From a virus, in the IMG/VR virus record IMGVR_UViG_3300027746_000697, positions 52,632 through 116,631 of that record: a stretch of DNA of 64,000 nt, one strand, 5' to 3'. The position numbers were made by a program, and so were the translations under genes. The notes below the pieces were generated by a model. It was not told where the DNA came from and searched no databases. It worked only from the letters and a program-made list of their open reading frames with translations. Positions 25,859 to 34,102 of this stretch are shown piece by piece. How positions within the stretch are numbered: position 1 is the first letter of the stretch; each line of letters begins with the position of its first letter.

Positions 25859-25987
25859 AGGATACTAACAGCATATTTTACATTCCAAACTTTGAGTTGT
25901 AGGTTCGAATCCTACCTTCCAATCAAGCCTAAACAGCAGTTGGTTGTAGATCAATGGTAGATCAAAAGTCGTAAAAAATGTATCCTG
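25859..25987 (+). ncRNA. CAGCA-stem RNA copy 4, with circularly permuted tRNA domain (YrlA/Y-RNA-like)
   Basis: AGGATAC/GTATCCT ends; T-arm GTAGG-TTCGAAT-CCTAC precedes D-arm GATC-AATGGTA-GATC; ACTTT/AAAGT stem. Confidence 0.75.
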
Positions 25988-26002
25988 TTTAACCAAAATA
26001 TA

Positions 26003-26031
26003 GTGACAAGAGACAGTAGAGATACTATAAT
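26003..26031 (+). promoter_or_regulatory. Sigma70-like promoter for the ncRNA-DUF2828 operon
   Basis: GTGACA-17-TATAAT. Confidence 0.65.
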
Positions 26032-26065
26032 AGTCGTATAGCAAGTAACACTGCTAAGAAGTTTT

Positions 26066-26216
26066 AGGATCGGTTCAGCAACATCAATTAAACTGATGGT
26101 CGGCTTAATCGGCAGGTACTGGTGGAGGGGCTTGTCCCCATTGAAACTGGTGCTGAGCCGCGTCGACGAGGTGAGTTAGTTTTCTCACTTGAAACAAAAA
26201 GGCAAAAACGATCCTG
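26066..26216 (+). ncRNA. CAGCA-stem RNA copy 5
   Basis: AGGATCG/CGATCCT ends, TTCAGCAA, GC-rich structured insert. Confidence 0.65.
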
Positions 26217-26224
26217 TTAGTTTT

Positions 26225-26454
26225 GGATGACTACAGCAATTTAAACTACTAACGTAACTGCTATAGAAGGTGGTCGAAGGACACAGTAGAAATACTGTTC
26301 TAGAAATAGACGCTCAAGAAATAGATAGACTGGCAAAGCACCAGATATGATTCGCATACAGAAAAACATGCGATAGGCAACATGAATGTTGCTAGGGTCT
26401 GGGTGCCGTAATTGGCCAGACCAGAATACTAAACAAATTGGCACGATCATCCTG
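26225..26454 (+). ncRNA. CAGCA-stem RNA copy 6
   Basis: GGATGA/TCATCC ends, ACAGCAA, several hairpins including GAAA tetraloops. Confidence 0.65.
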
Positions 26455-26464
26455 TTAAAGTTTT

Positions 26465-26519
26465 AGAATGTTAACAGCAACTTTAAATTTCACTATAATC
26501 GAAAATAAAATACATTCTG
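26465..26519 (+). ncRNA. CAGCA-stem RNA copy 7 (in the 5' leader of the DUF2828 gene)
   Basis: AGAATGT/ACATTCT ends (compensatory change), ACAGCAA. Confidence 0.65.
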
Positions 26520-26533
26520 TAAAGGTAATCAAA

Positions 26534-27943
26534 ATGAACGCATTTGTAAACGCAGTAGCAAACCAAGAAGCCCGTACTGAAAACGGTATGAAGGCACGTA
26601 AGTCAACAGCTTCGGCTTGTGTTGACTTGTTCTACAAGATCGGCGCAAGCCGTGGCAAGGACATCACAGGCGACTTCACAGCCGCTTATGTGGAAAACTC
26701 TGATGTAGCACTACGCATCGCACAATGGGCACGTGATGTCCGTGGTGGTGCAGGTGAACGTCAACTGTTCCGCGATATTCTAGTTCATCTAGAAAAGCGT
26801 GACCCAGACGCCGCTTTGGCTCTTCTAAAGAAGGTTCCAGAAGTTGGTCGTTGGGATGACATCTTTGTCTTCCAGGGCCCAGTCCTGAAGTCAGCCGCTT
26901 ATACCATGTTGGGTGATGCCCTACGTGCTAAGAACGGTTTGGCTGCAAAGTGGACTCCTCGTAAGGGGCAAATTGCCGCTGAAGTTCGTGCCTTCTTTGG
27001 CATGACTCCAAAGCAATACCGTAAGTCATTGGTAACAATGACCACAGTTGTTGAAACCCAAATGTGTGCAGGAGATTGGGACAACATCAACTTCAGTCAC
27101 GTGCCAAGTGTTGCGTCACGCAACTACAAGAAGGCATTCAACCGTCACACAACTCTGTTCGCAGAGTATGTGGCCCGGTTGGTAAGTGGTGATAAGACTG
27201 TTAAGGTTAACGCCAACGCAATCTTCCCACATGACGTGCTGAAGGGAATCGCTCACAGCTACACCAAGCTGGACAAGACAGAAACCGACCATGTGATCGC
27301 ACAATGGGATGCTCTGCCAAACTATGTAGGTGACGCAAGTATCCTGCCTCTAGTTGACGTAAGTGGTAGTATGACCTGCGCCGCAGGTAAGAACACACAA
27401 GTACGTTGTTTGGACGTTGCAGTTAGCCTTGGTTTGTACTTGGCAGATAAGAACAAGGGAGTGTTCAAGGACACATTCTTGACTTTCTCAAGCAAGCCAC
27501 AACTGGTTACTCTAAAGGGTAACATTGTTGACAAGGTAACCCAAATGTCTAAGAGCGACTGGGAAATGAGCACTAACCTAAATGCGGCTATGAACAAGAT
27601 TCTAGACGTAGCAGTTAAGGGCGCAGTACCAGCAAGCGATATGCCAGCCATGTTGCTGATCTTGTCAGACATGCAGTTCAACCAATGCGCCAAGTTTGAC
27701 GACAGCGCAATGCAAATGATCGAACGCAAGTTTGCAGATGCAGGTTACACTGTGCCACAGATTGTTTTCTGGAACCTAAACAGTTCAGACAACGTGCCTG
27801 TGGCGTCAGACAAGAGTGGTGCCGCATTGGTAAGTGGATTTAGTCCAAGTATCATGACTAGCTTGCTAGCCGCTGATATGGATCAATTCACTCCAGAAGG
27901 CATCATGCTTAAGACTGTAATGAGTGATCGTTACGCTCTGTAA
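26534..27943 (+). CDS. DUF2828-type helical plus vWA protein (Ro60/TROVE-like architecture)
   Basis: TENG, RDVRGGAGER, GRWDD, AAKWTPR, DVSGSM MIDAS, SDMQF, VFWNL, VSGFSP; start at MNAF after AAAGG. Confidence 0.85.
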   Translation: MNAFVNAVANQEARTENGMKARKSTASACVDLFYKIGASRGKDITGDFTAAYVENSDVALRIAQWARDVRGGAGERQLFRDILVHLEKRDPDAALALLKKVPEVGRWDDIFVFQGPVLKSAAYTMLGDALRAKNGLAAKWTPRKGQIAAEVRAFFGMTPKQYRKSLVTMTTVVETQMCAGDWDNINFSHVPSVASRNYKKAFNRHTTLFAEYVARLVSGDKTVKVNANAIFPHDVLKGIAHSYTKLDKTETDHVIAQWDALPNYVGDASILPLVDVSGSMTCAAGKNTQVRCLDVAVSLGLYLADKNKGVFKDTFLTFSSKPQLVTLKGNIVDKVTQMSKSDWEMSTNLNAAMNKILDVAVKGAVPASDMPAMLLILSDMQFNQCAKFDDSAMQMIERKFADAGYTVPQIVFWNLNSSDNVPVASDKSGAALVSGFSPSIMTSLLAADMDQFTPEGIMLKTVMSDRYAL

Positions 27944-28160
27944 GAACTGCTGGCCCACCTTAGCCTAGGCTGAGAACCCAGCATCCGCGATACACGAAAT
28001 GTGGGATGGGCTGTGTATCCGGGGTTTGTTACTCTTCCTGACACAAAAAAGAGTAACACTAATTCGTTGTTTTATTACAACACCAATCCAGTTAACTTGA
28101 GGTTGACTGGATTTCTTTTTGATGCTATAATATACACATACTAGCAAACAGGAGCGATAA

Positions 28161-28352
28161 ATGGGTTTCAAAATTTTGGGCAGAACACAAGACATCATGC
28201 AAGGCTACGGACCTATCCCAAAAATGGAGGGCCCTTTTTACTTTAACGGACGTATCTTGTATTATGATCCAAAAGAAGGTAAGTACTGGGATCCCAAGAC
28301 GGATTTTTATGTTCCGCATGATGAATATTTTCGAATAGTAGGATTGATGTAA
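28161..28352 (+). CDS. Hypothetical protein
   Basis: AGGAG SD; sigma70 promoter at about 28103. Confidence 0.7.
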   Translation: MGFKILGRTQDIMQGYGPIPKMEGPFYFNGRILYYDPKEGKYWDPKTDFYVPHDEYFRIVGLM

Positions 28353-28819
28353 TGCCAAAATGCTATCAATTAATTGGAGTTCCTGCCGCTGGTAAAAGTA
28401 CTTGGGTTAATAGTCAAGAATGGACTGTGGGTATGGAGTATGTAAGTACAGATCATCATGTGGAAGTTTATGCCAAGGAGCAAGGTAAGACTTATTCCGA
28501 AGTATTCACAGAATACATGCCCACAGCAGTTGAACTAATGGCACAAGAAGTTGTAGAAGCACGAGAAGCAGGTCGAGATATAATTTGGGATCAAACCAGC
28601 ACCACTGTTAAAAGTCGTGCTCGTAAGTTTAACATGTTGCCGGACTACTATCATATTGCGGTAGTGTTTCGAACACCCGAGCATAAAGAACTAGTTCGCA
28701 GATTAACTAGTCGTTGGGAGTCTGGAAAAATCGTGCCTGAACATGTTGTTGCTAGCATGATTGCCAGTTGGGAAGAACCTACTGAAGAAGAAGGCTTCAA
28801 AGAAATTTGGAGAGTTTAA
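28352..28819 (+). CDS. P-loop kinase (AAA_33/polynucleotide-kinase-like)
   Basis: GVPAAGKST, STD, DQT..R motifs. Confidence 0.85.
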   Translation: MPKCYQLIGVPAAGKSTWVNSQEWTVGMEYVSTDHHVEVYAKEQGKTYSEVFTEYMPTAVELMAQEVVEAREAGRDIIWDQTSTTVKSRARKFNMLPDYYHIAVVFRTPEHKELVRRLTSRWESGKIVPEHVVASMIASWEEPTEEEGFKEIWRV

Positions 28820-28828
28820 GGAAAAATT

Positions 28829-29074
28829 ATGACTATTAGAGAGTATGAAAGTATACAAGGCGATAACTTAGAAGAATCTGATATGGCTCAACTGTTGTCG
28901 ACCACCGCAAACGCAGACGCGGTAGCTCGAATAAGAGCACAACTGCCAACAGGTCCTAGTTTAAGTCATTGCGATGAATGTGGGGAAGAAATCCCCAAAG
29001 CAAGACAACTAGCAGTTAAAGGCTGTAAAATGTGTATTGATTGTCAAATCGTAAGTGAACGTATGAAACGTTAA
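28829..29074 (+). CDS. DksA/TraR C4 zinc-finger protein
   Basis: CDECGEEIPKAR..CKMCIDCQ. Confidence 0.88.
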   Translation: MTIREYESIQGDNLEESDMAQLLSTTANADAVARIRAQLPTGPSLSHCDECGEEIPKARQLAVKGCKMCIDCQIVSERMKR

Positions 29075-29083
29075 GGAGGCAGT

Positions 29084-29596
29084 ATGCCGTGGATTGAAAA
29101 TATTCCGTTGGAAAATGTAGCAAAAGGACAGCATCACGATTGCGGCGCCAACAGTATGCTGATACAGATTTCAGATCATGACATGGCGTTTCCCTCACCT
29201 AAACATCAGTTCAAAGAAGTACATCAATTTACTTTTTTGGATATTGAAGAAGATGGTATGACCAATACCGGTGGAGGAATGATTGATCTAAGTGAGTTTG
29301 CTATTACAGATGAACAAGCAGAACAACTTGTCCGTTTGTTGCAACACGCATGGGAAAATCGTATGAATGTTGTGGTTCACTGTCACGCTGGCATTTGCAG
29401 ATCGGGTGCGGTTTGTGAGGTTGGAGTCATGATGGGATTCAATGATTGCGAGCGTTTCCGTAGTCCTAATCTTTTGGTCAAACACAAAATGATGCGACTA
29501 TTGGGTTGGACGTATGACAGCGAAGAAAAGCCATATGATGTAAATGGCACTACCAACGAATGGGGGTTTATTACCCCAAATAAAGTAGTTGACTAA
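29084..29596 (+). CDS. Cys-based (tyrosine/dual-specificity-like) phosphatase
   Basis: HCHAGICRS CX5R motif. Confidence 0.85.
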   Translation: MPWIENIPLENVAKGQHHDCGANSMLIQISDHDMAFPSPKHQFKEVHQFTFLDIEEDGMTNTGGGMIDLSEFAITDEQAEQLVRLLQHAWENRMNVVVHCHAGICRSGAVCEVGVMMGFNDCERFRSPNLLVKHKMMRLLGWTYDSEEKPYDVNGTTNEWGFITPNKVVD

Positions 29597-29644
29597 TTAC
29601 TGTGTAGATGCTATAATACTACATTAAACAGTGAAAGGCATCAA

Positions 29645-29815
29645 ATGGCTGGCAAAGCAAAATCGGTTTACTTGACGGTGACTACCATGCAACACAAATC
29701 CGTGTTTCATCGTGTGTTTTTTAATGCTAAAGACTTTAACGAGTATGTTAATTCCGAAGAGTTCAAAGCAAAATATCCAACAACTGAATTTAAAATTGTA
29801 AAAGAAACTTACTAA
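29645..29815 (+). CDS. Hypothetical protein (56 aa)
   Basis: MAGKAKSVYL..; sigma70 promoter at about 29589; not in the ORF track. Confidence 0.6.
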   Translation: MAGKAKSVYLTVTTMQHKSVFHRVFFNAKDFNEYVNSEEFKAKYPTTEFKIVKETY

Positions 29816-29830
29816 CAAAAGGAGCATAAT

Positions 29831-30436
29831 ATGCCAAGTGTATTCTTAGTAAGCGACACGCACTTTGGACACATGGGTGTATGCCGCTTCACACGTAACG
29901 ATGGTGTTACAAAACTTCGCCCATGGGACTCAGCAGAGGAAATGGACGAAGCAATGGTTAAAGCGTGGAACGAACGGGTAAAACCCACTGACAAAGTTTA
30001 CCATTTAGGTGACGTTGTTATCAATCGTAAAGCGTTAAAAATCTTATCCAGGCTTAACGGTGATAAAGTGTTAATTCGTGGTAACCACGATATCTTTAGG
30101 GACGACGAGTATCGCTTGTACTTTAGAGAACTTAGGGCTTATCACGTTATGAATGGCATGATTCTTAGCCATATTCCGTTACATTCGGATTCCTTGGGTC
30201 GTTTTGGAACCAACATTCACGGACATACTCACGCAAATCGTGTGAAACGAGCCCGTGGAGTTGATGCTAGAACTGGAGCTGTTCTGTACAGCGAAGAGAA
30301 CGATGTGCGCTACCATTGTGTATGCGTGGAACAAACTCCGGACTTTGCTCCAATTCTGTTTGAAGATGTCATAAAGAACATCGAAGCAGAAGGTGGATCA
30401 ATAGGATTCAAGAGTGGCAACGGACCTACTATGTAA
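29831..30436 (+). CDS. Calcineurin-like metallophosphoesterase
   Basis: DTHFGH, GD, GNHD, H, HGHTH. Confidence 0.92.
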   Translation: MPSVFLVSDTHFGHMGVCRFTRNDGVTKLRPWDSAEEMDEAMVKAWNERVKPTDKVYHLGDVVINRKALKILSRLNGDKVLIRGNHDIFRDDEYRLYFRELRAYHVMNGMILSHIPLHSDSLGRFGTNIHGHTHANRVKRARGVDARTGAVLYSEENDVRYHCVCVEQTPDFAPILFEDVIKNIEAEGGSIGFKSGNGPTM

Positions 30437-30450
30437 TATAGTAGTGTTTA

Positions 30451-30478
30451 AAATAGGCTCTTCGGAGCCTATTTTTTT
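30451..30478 (+). terminator. Intrinsic terminator
   Basis: AAATAGGCTC-TTCG-GAGCCTATTTTTTT. Confidence 0.85.
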
Positions 30479-30506
30479 GATTAGAATTTTGCGCTATAAA
30501 TATATC

Positions 30507-31097
30507 ATGGATTTAAAAAATATTTTTGTGTTTGATACTGATTTTTCCACAATCATTGAGGATCTCCCGTGGATGGTGTTGGAGAATCTTGACTGGAAAA
30601 CTAGCGTACCATATTTTCTGCCCAACGGTGATGCTTGGGCCAATTGGACTCCTAATTGGTGTAGAGAATTAAAATCAATAGTAGACAGCAAGTTTTTCAA
30701 AATAAACCCGGTAGCTAGTATAGAGTTATATCAAATGTTCATCCACAACATGCCAAAGGGCATAGATCCGTCCAACACAATACACAGGGATTGGCCAATG
30801 TTCAACACTTGGGCCGCTGTTGTAATGCTCAAAGGCAACGGAGGTTTAAATTTTTACGAAGAATATGACAATAAGTCATTGTTGCATACGGTCAAGTTCA
30901 AAGTGGGGAGAATTTTGATTTTTCCTAGCATATATTGGCATCGAGTTGACTTGGTTACAGAAGATCGCATCAGCGTGGGTATGCTGTATAACAGCAATAA
31001 TCTAGTACCCAATATGGCAGATGTGTTGCCATTATGTACGTGCAAATTGCGTACAACCCAGTTAATTTGCGACGGAAGCCATTCACATTTGAATTAA
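30507..31097 (+). CDS. Fe(II)/2OG oxygenase with C-terminal CDGSH Fe-S motif
   Basis: HRD..FPSIYWHRV..RIS; LCTCK..ICDGSH. Confidence 0.75.
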   Translation: MDLKNIFVFDTDFSTIIEDLPWMVLENLDWKTSVPYFLPNGDAWANWTPNWCRELKSIVDSKFFKINPVASIELYQMFIHNMPKGIDPSNTIHRDWPMFNTWAAVVMLKGNGGLNFYEEYDNKSLLHTVKFKVGRILIFPSIYWHRVDLVTEDRISVGMLYNSNNLVPNMADVLPLCTCKLRTTQLICDGSHSHLN

Positions 31098-31190
31098 AAT
31101 AGCAGTTTAAACTCATAAGCGTTTAGCTCAAATGAATAAATATACTATAATGATCAATCAATTTGATTAAAGAATATTGGAGATAAACGC

Positions 31191-32429
31191 ATGTCGCTAC
31201 GTATTAGACGAGGAACAGAAGCTCAGAGACCAAGTGCCGCCTTTGACTTAGGTGAAATAGTATGGACTACGGATACCAATAAATTATACGTTGGAGACGG
31301 GGTTAATCTTGGCGGCAAGAACATTTTAGCGACTAGTGCAGGAACTGGACTAATATGGAACGCTGTTACACAACGATTGGATTTTAACGGATCGGGCACA
31401 GGAATTGTAAATATACAAGCAGATACTAACCCATCGTTAGGCGGCAATTTAAATTTAAATAGTAGAAATATCACTGGGATCGGCAGTATTACAATATCTG
31501 GTACGTTATCTGTTACTGGATTAGGTTCAAATTTAAACTTAAATACGCGAAACATTACTGGTTCCGGTAATATTAACACAACAGGCACTGCCACATTTAC
31601 TGGTAATCTTACGTCAAATAACGTTACCACTACCGGCTCGCAAATCAATACATTCAACGGCCCAAGTATTTTTTCACTAAACGGTGCCGACAACAAGATT
31701 GTAACAATTGCCCCGCAAACTACTGGACAACCGTCGTTGGACATTATACAGATAATGCCGTTCACACAAGGCGTAGCATTCAGCGGAATGCGTGGAACAT
31801 TAGCATCTCCACAAATTTCTCAAGTAGGTGACGGGCTAGGTTCTGTACAATTCCGTGTCAAATATACAACTACTCCAGTTGCTCCGTCTGACGGATTTGC
31901 AGGAGTTGCTGGAATAGTTGGTAATGTCACTGACATGGGTAACGGCAGTACAATTTCACCTTCGGGAAAACTACAATTTATGTTAGTTAATCCTATTACA
32001 CCAAATGACTTTGCAACTGTTTATCTAAGCGAGTTTACTGCTCCAGGTGTATGGACAGCTCCTGGATTTATTTCTAAATCTAAAATTAGCCAAGCTGGTA
32101 TTGGATATGGCACAGGGGCTGGCAGCACTGCGGTACAAGGCACTAGCAGAACAACTTCAGTCACTATCAATGCACCATGCGGGACTATCACATTGTTTAA
32201 TACAACGGCTACTGCTGGACAGTTGACTACATTTACTGTTAATAACACTATAGTCGATCCAACCGACGTGGTAACTGTGAGCATAAAAACATCCGCAGGA
32301 TTCCATATGGTTGGAGTTACAAGTACAACTACTGATGCATTTACAGTTAGTGTTTATACTCCAAATGCTGTTGCAGTAGCTGAAGCTCCTGTATTAAATT
32401 TTGCAGTTGTAAAATCAGTAGCTGCCTAA
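31191..32429 (+). CDS. Tail-fibre/virion appendage-like protein (Mtd_N-type N-terminus)
   Basis: LRIRRGT..GEIVWTTDTNKLYVGDG; G/T/N-rich repeats. Confidence 0.75.
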   Translation: MSLRIRRGTEAQRPSAAFDLGEIVWTTDTNKLYVGDGVNLGGKNILATSAGTGLIWNAVTQRLDFNGSGTGIVNIQADTNPSLGGNLNLNSRNITGIGSITISGTLSVTGLGSNLNLNTRNITGSGNINTTGTATFTGNLTSNNVTTTGSQINTFNGPSIFSLNGADNKIVTIAPQTTGQPSLDIIQIMPFTQGVAFSGMRGTLASPQISQVGDGLGSVQFRVKYTTTPVAPSDGFAGVAGIVGNVTDMGNGSTISPSGKLQFMLVNPITPNDFATVYLSEFTAPGVWTAPGFISKSKISQAGIGYGTGAGSTAVQGTSRTTSVTINAPCGTITLFNTTATAGQLTTFTVNNTIVDPTDVVTVSIKTSAGFHMVGVTSTTTDAFTVSVYTPNAVAVAEAPVLNFAVVKSVAA

Positions 32430-32490
32430 TATCATAATTAAAAGCCCTTGCACGTTAGGATACTAAATATCCTACAACAAGGGCTTTCTA

Positions 32491-33222
32491 ATGAATAGAT
32501 TTATTACAGATCCAGAAAATTATACGTTTGCCAATCTTCAAAATTACGACTGGGATGTAATACAAACTAATATTACCGTGGATTCTTCTAAAATGATGGA
32601 ATGGTTTAATTCCATAGAAGACCAATTTACCGATTGTTGTTATAGTCCACTTGGCGATATGGATTTAACAGACCCAGCTAAGAAAGAATTTGCACTGTCA
32701 TTTATCCCAAACAATTTAGTTTGGGGATTACCGTTACAATGGACACTTCAATGGTCTTACGACAGACCGGGTAAACTTCCATTTTTACAACTTGCAGACC
32801 CTGCACAATTTCCAGAAATTTCAGATCCAGACTTTCAAAAAAAGTTTAATAAAAATCTTCCAAAGTACTTGTTTGGTATGTATAAAACATACTATAATAC
32901 GTTTGGTCCAGAATGTTTTGAAGTAACACGTTTAGTAAAAATGAATCAAGACGTGGGATTACGGACTCATGTGGATATACAGAATCCAGAATTTTTAATC
33001 AGAATGCATTTGCAAATTCAGGTAGATGAAAATGCGTGGTGGAAATTTGGCGACAACATGGAAAGAAAATATACATTTGAACAAGGAAGAGTTTATTTGT
33101 ATAATACCGCAGTTAAACACGCGGCACGGAACGAAAGCTCTGCCCCTTGGATTATGTTGCACAATAATCCAATTGCAAGCTCAATTGATAAACTTTTAAA
33201 AACTTCTATGCACATAGGATAA
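32491..33222 (+). CDS. Asp/Asn beta-hydroxylase-like oxygenase
   Basis: HVD..RMH..YNTAVKHAARN. Confidence 0.75.
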   Translation: MNRFITDPENYTFANLQNYDWDVIQTNITVDSSKMMEWFNSIEDQFTDCCYSPLGDMDLTDPAKKEFALSFIPNNLVWGLPLQWTLQWSYDRPGKLPFLQLADPAQFPEISDPDFQKKFNKNLPKYLFGMYKTYYNTFGPECFEVTRLVKMNQDVGLRTHVDIQNPEFLIRMHLQIQVDENAWWKFGDNMERKYTFEQGRVYLYNTAVKHAARNESSAPWIMLHNNPIASSIDKLLKTSMHIG

Positions 33223-33223
33223 T

Positions 33224-34102
33224 ATGACAGTTACTGGCAAAACACTTAGAGAAGCCCTTCAACTTAATGCAGTAGTTCCTCACCCTTTAGACTTGTGGCC
33301 GTATCGACACACAACTATGATTCCAAATCAAAGTTTTGATTGGTCTGGCACTGATCATGAAACATTGTATAAACGTAATCTTAGAAATTTGCCAGACAAC
33401 TGGATTTATAGAACCAAGAAAATTACCTATAACTATAACGAGCAGGGACTTAGGATGCCTAAAAGTGTCTATGCTGTCGATAAAGATTATATTTTATTTT
33501 CAGGTACTAGCTATACACAAGGTTTAGGAGTAGCAGAAGAAGATAGATTTTGTAATCGTGTAAGTGCAGAATTGGGGTTAGATTTTATCCCGCATGGTGG
33601 GCCAACATTCACTATTAAAACAAATGCTATTTCTTTTTTTAATTTTTTAGACACTAACATGCCTCTGCCTAAAATATTTGTTATGGAATATCACAAAACC
33701 AATTGTTGGACATATTACTCTGAAAATAATTTTGTTCATATACATAACTCGCACGGTACACTAAAACATTTACCCGAAGGTAAACAATTTACTAGTCACA
33801 TCGAGTCTTATAAAAAAATAGCAGAGACTGACCATTTTTTACACGAATCGAATTTATATCGCAATATGATGAAAGCAACTTGTAAACGTTTAGGAATAAA
33901 ATTTGTAGAAGTTAGTTTTGACGAACCTACTGAACCCTTTATCACTGAGAACGGAATTAAACGTGTAGATATGAGTTCGCATAGTGACGATATAAACTAT
34001 TGTTTTGGTAGAGATGTACGGGTGCGGCCAGAAGGATATTATTCTCATCCAGGTATCGGTTTACACGGAGAAGCGGCCGAGCTAATTTTATCTCAAGTAT
34101 GA
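33224..34102 (+). CDS. SGNH-like hypothetical protein
   Basis: YNEQGLR..GTSYTQGLGV..RD..HPG..H. Confidence 0.6.
   Translation: MTVTGKTLREALQLNAVVPHPLDLWPYRHTTMIPNQSFDWSGTDHETLYKRNLRNLPDNWIYRTKKITYNYNEQGLRMPKSVYAVDKDYILFSGTSYTQGLGVAEEDRFCNRVSAELGLDFIPHGGPTFTIKTNAISFFNFLDTNMPLPKIFVMEYHKTNCWTYYSENNFVHIHNSHGTLKHLPEGKQFTSHIESYKKIAETDHFLHESNLYRNMMKATCKRLGIKFVEVSFDEPTEPFITENGIKRVDMSSHSDDINYCFGRDVRVRPEGYYSHPGIGLHGEAAELILSQV

Noticed and set aside
14064-26519. AGGAT..CAGCA..ATCCTG repeats as a CRISPR array or as terminators
   Set aside because: The copies are dispersed, the two halves are complementary ends enclosing variable-length cargo, stem sequences covary rather than staying identical, no cas genes are present, and the loops are too large for terminators.
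26241-26533. Minus-strand ORF 26241-26450 and the 22-aa N-terminal extension of the DUF2828 ORF
   Set aside because: Both overlap the structured RNA copies. The SD and the family-like N-terminus support a start at 26534.
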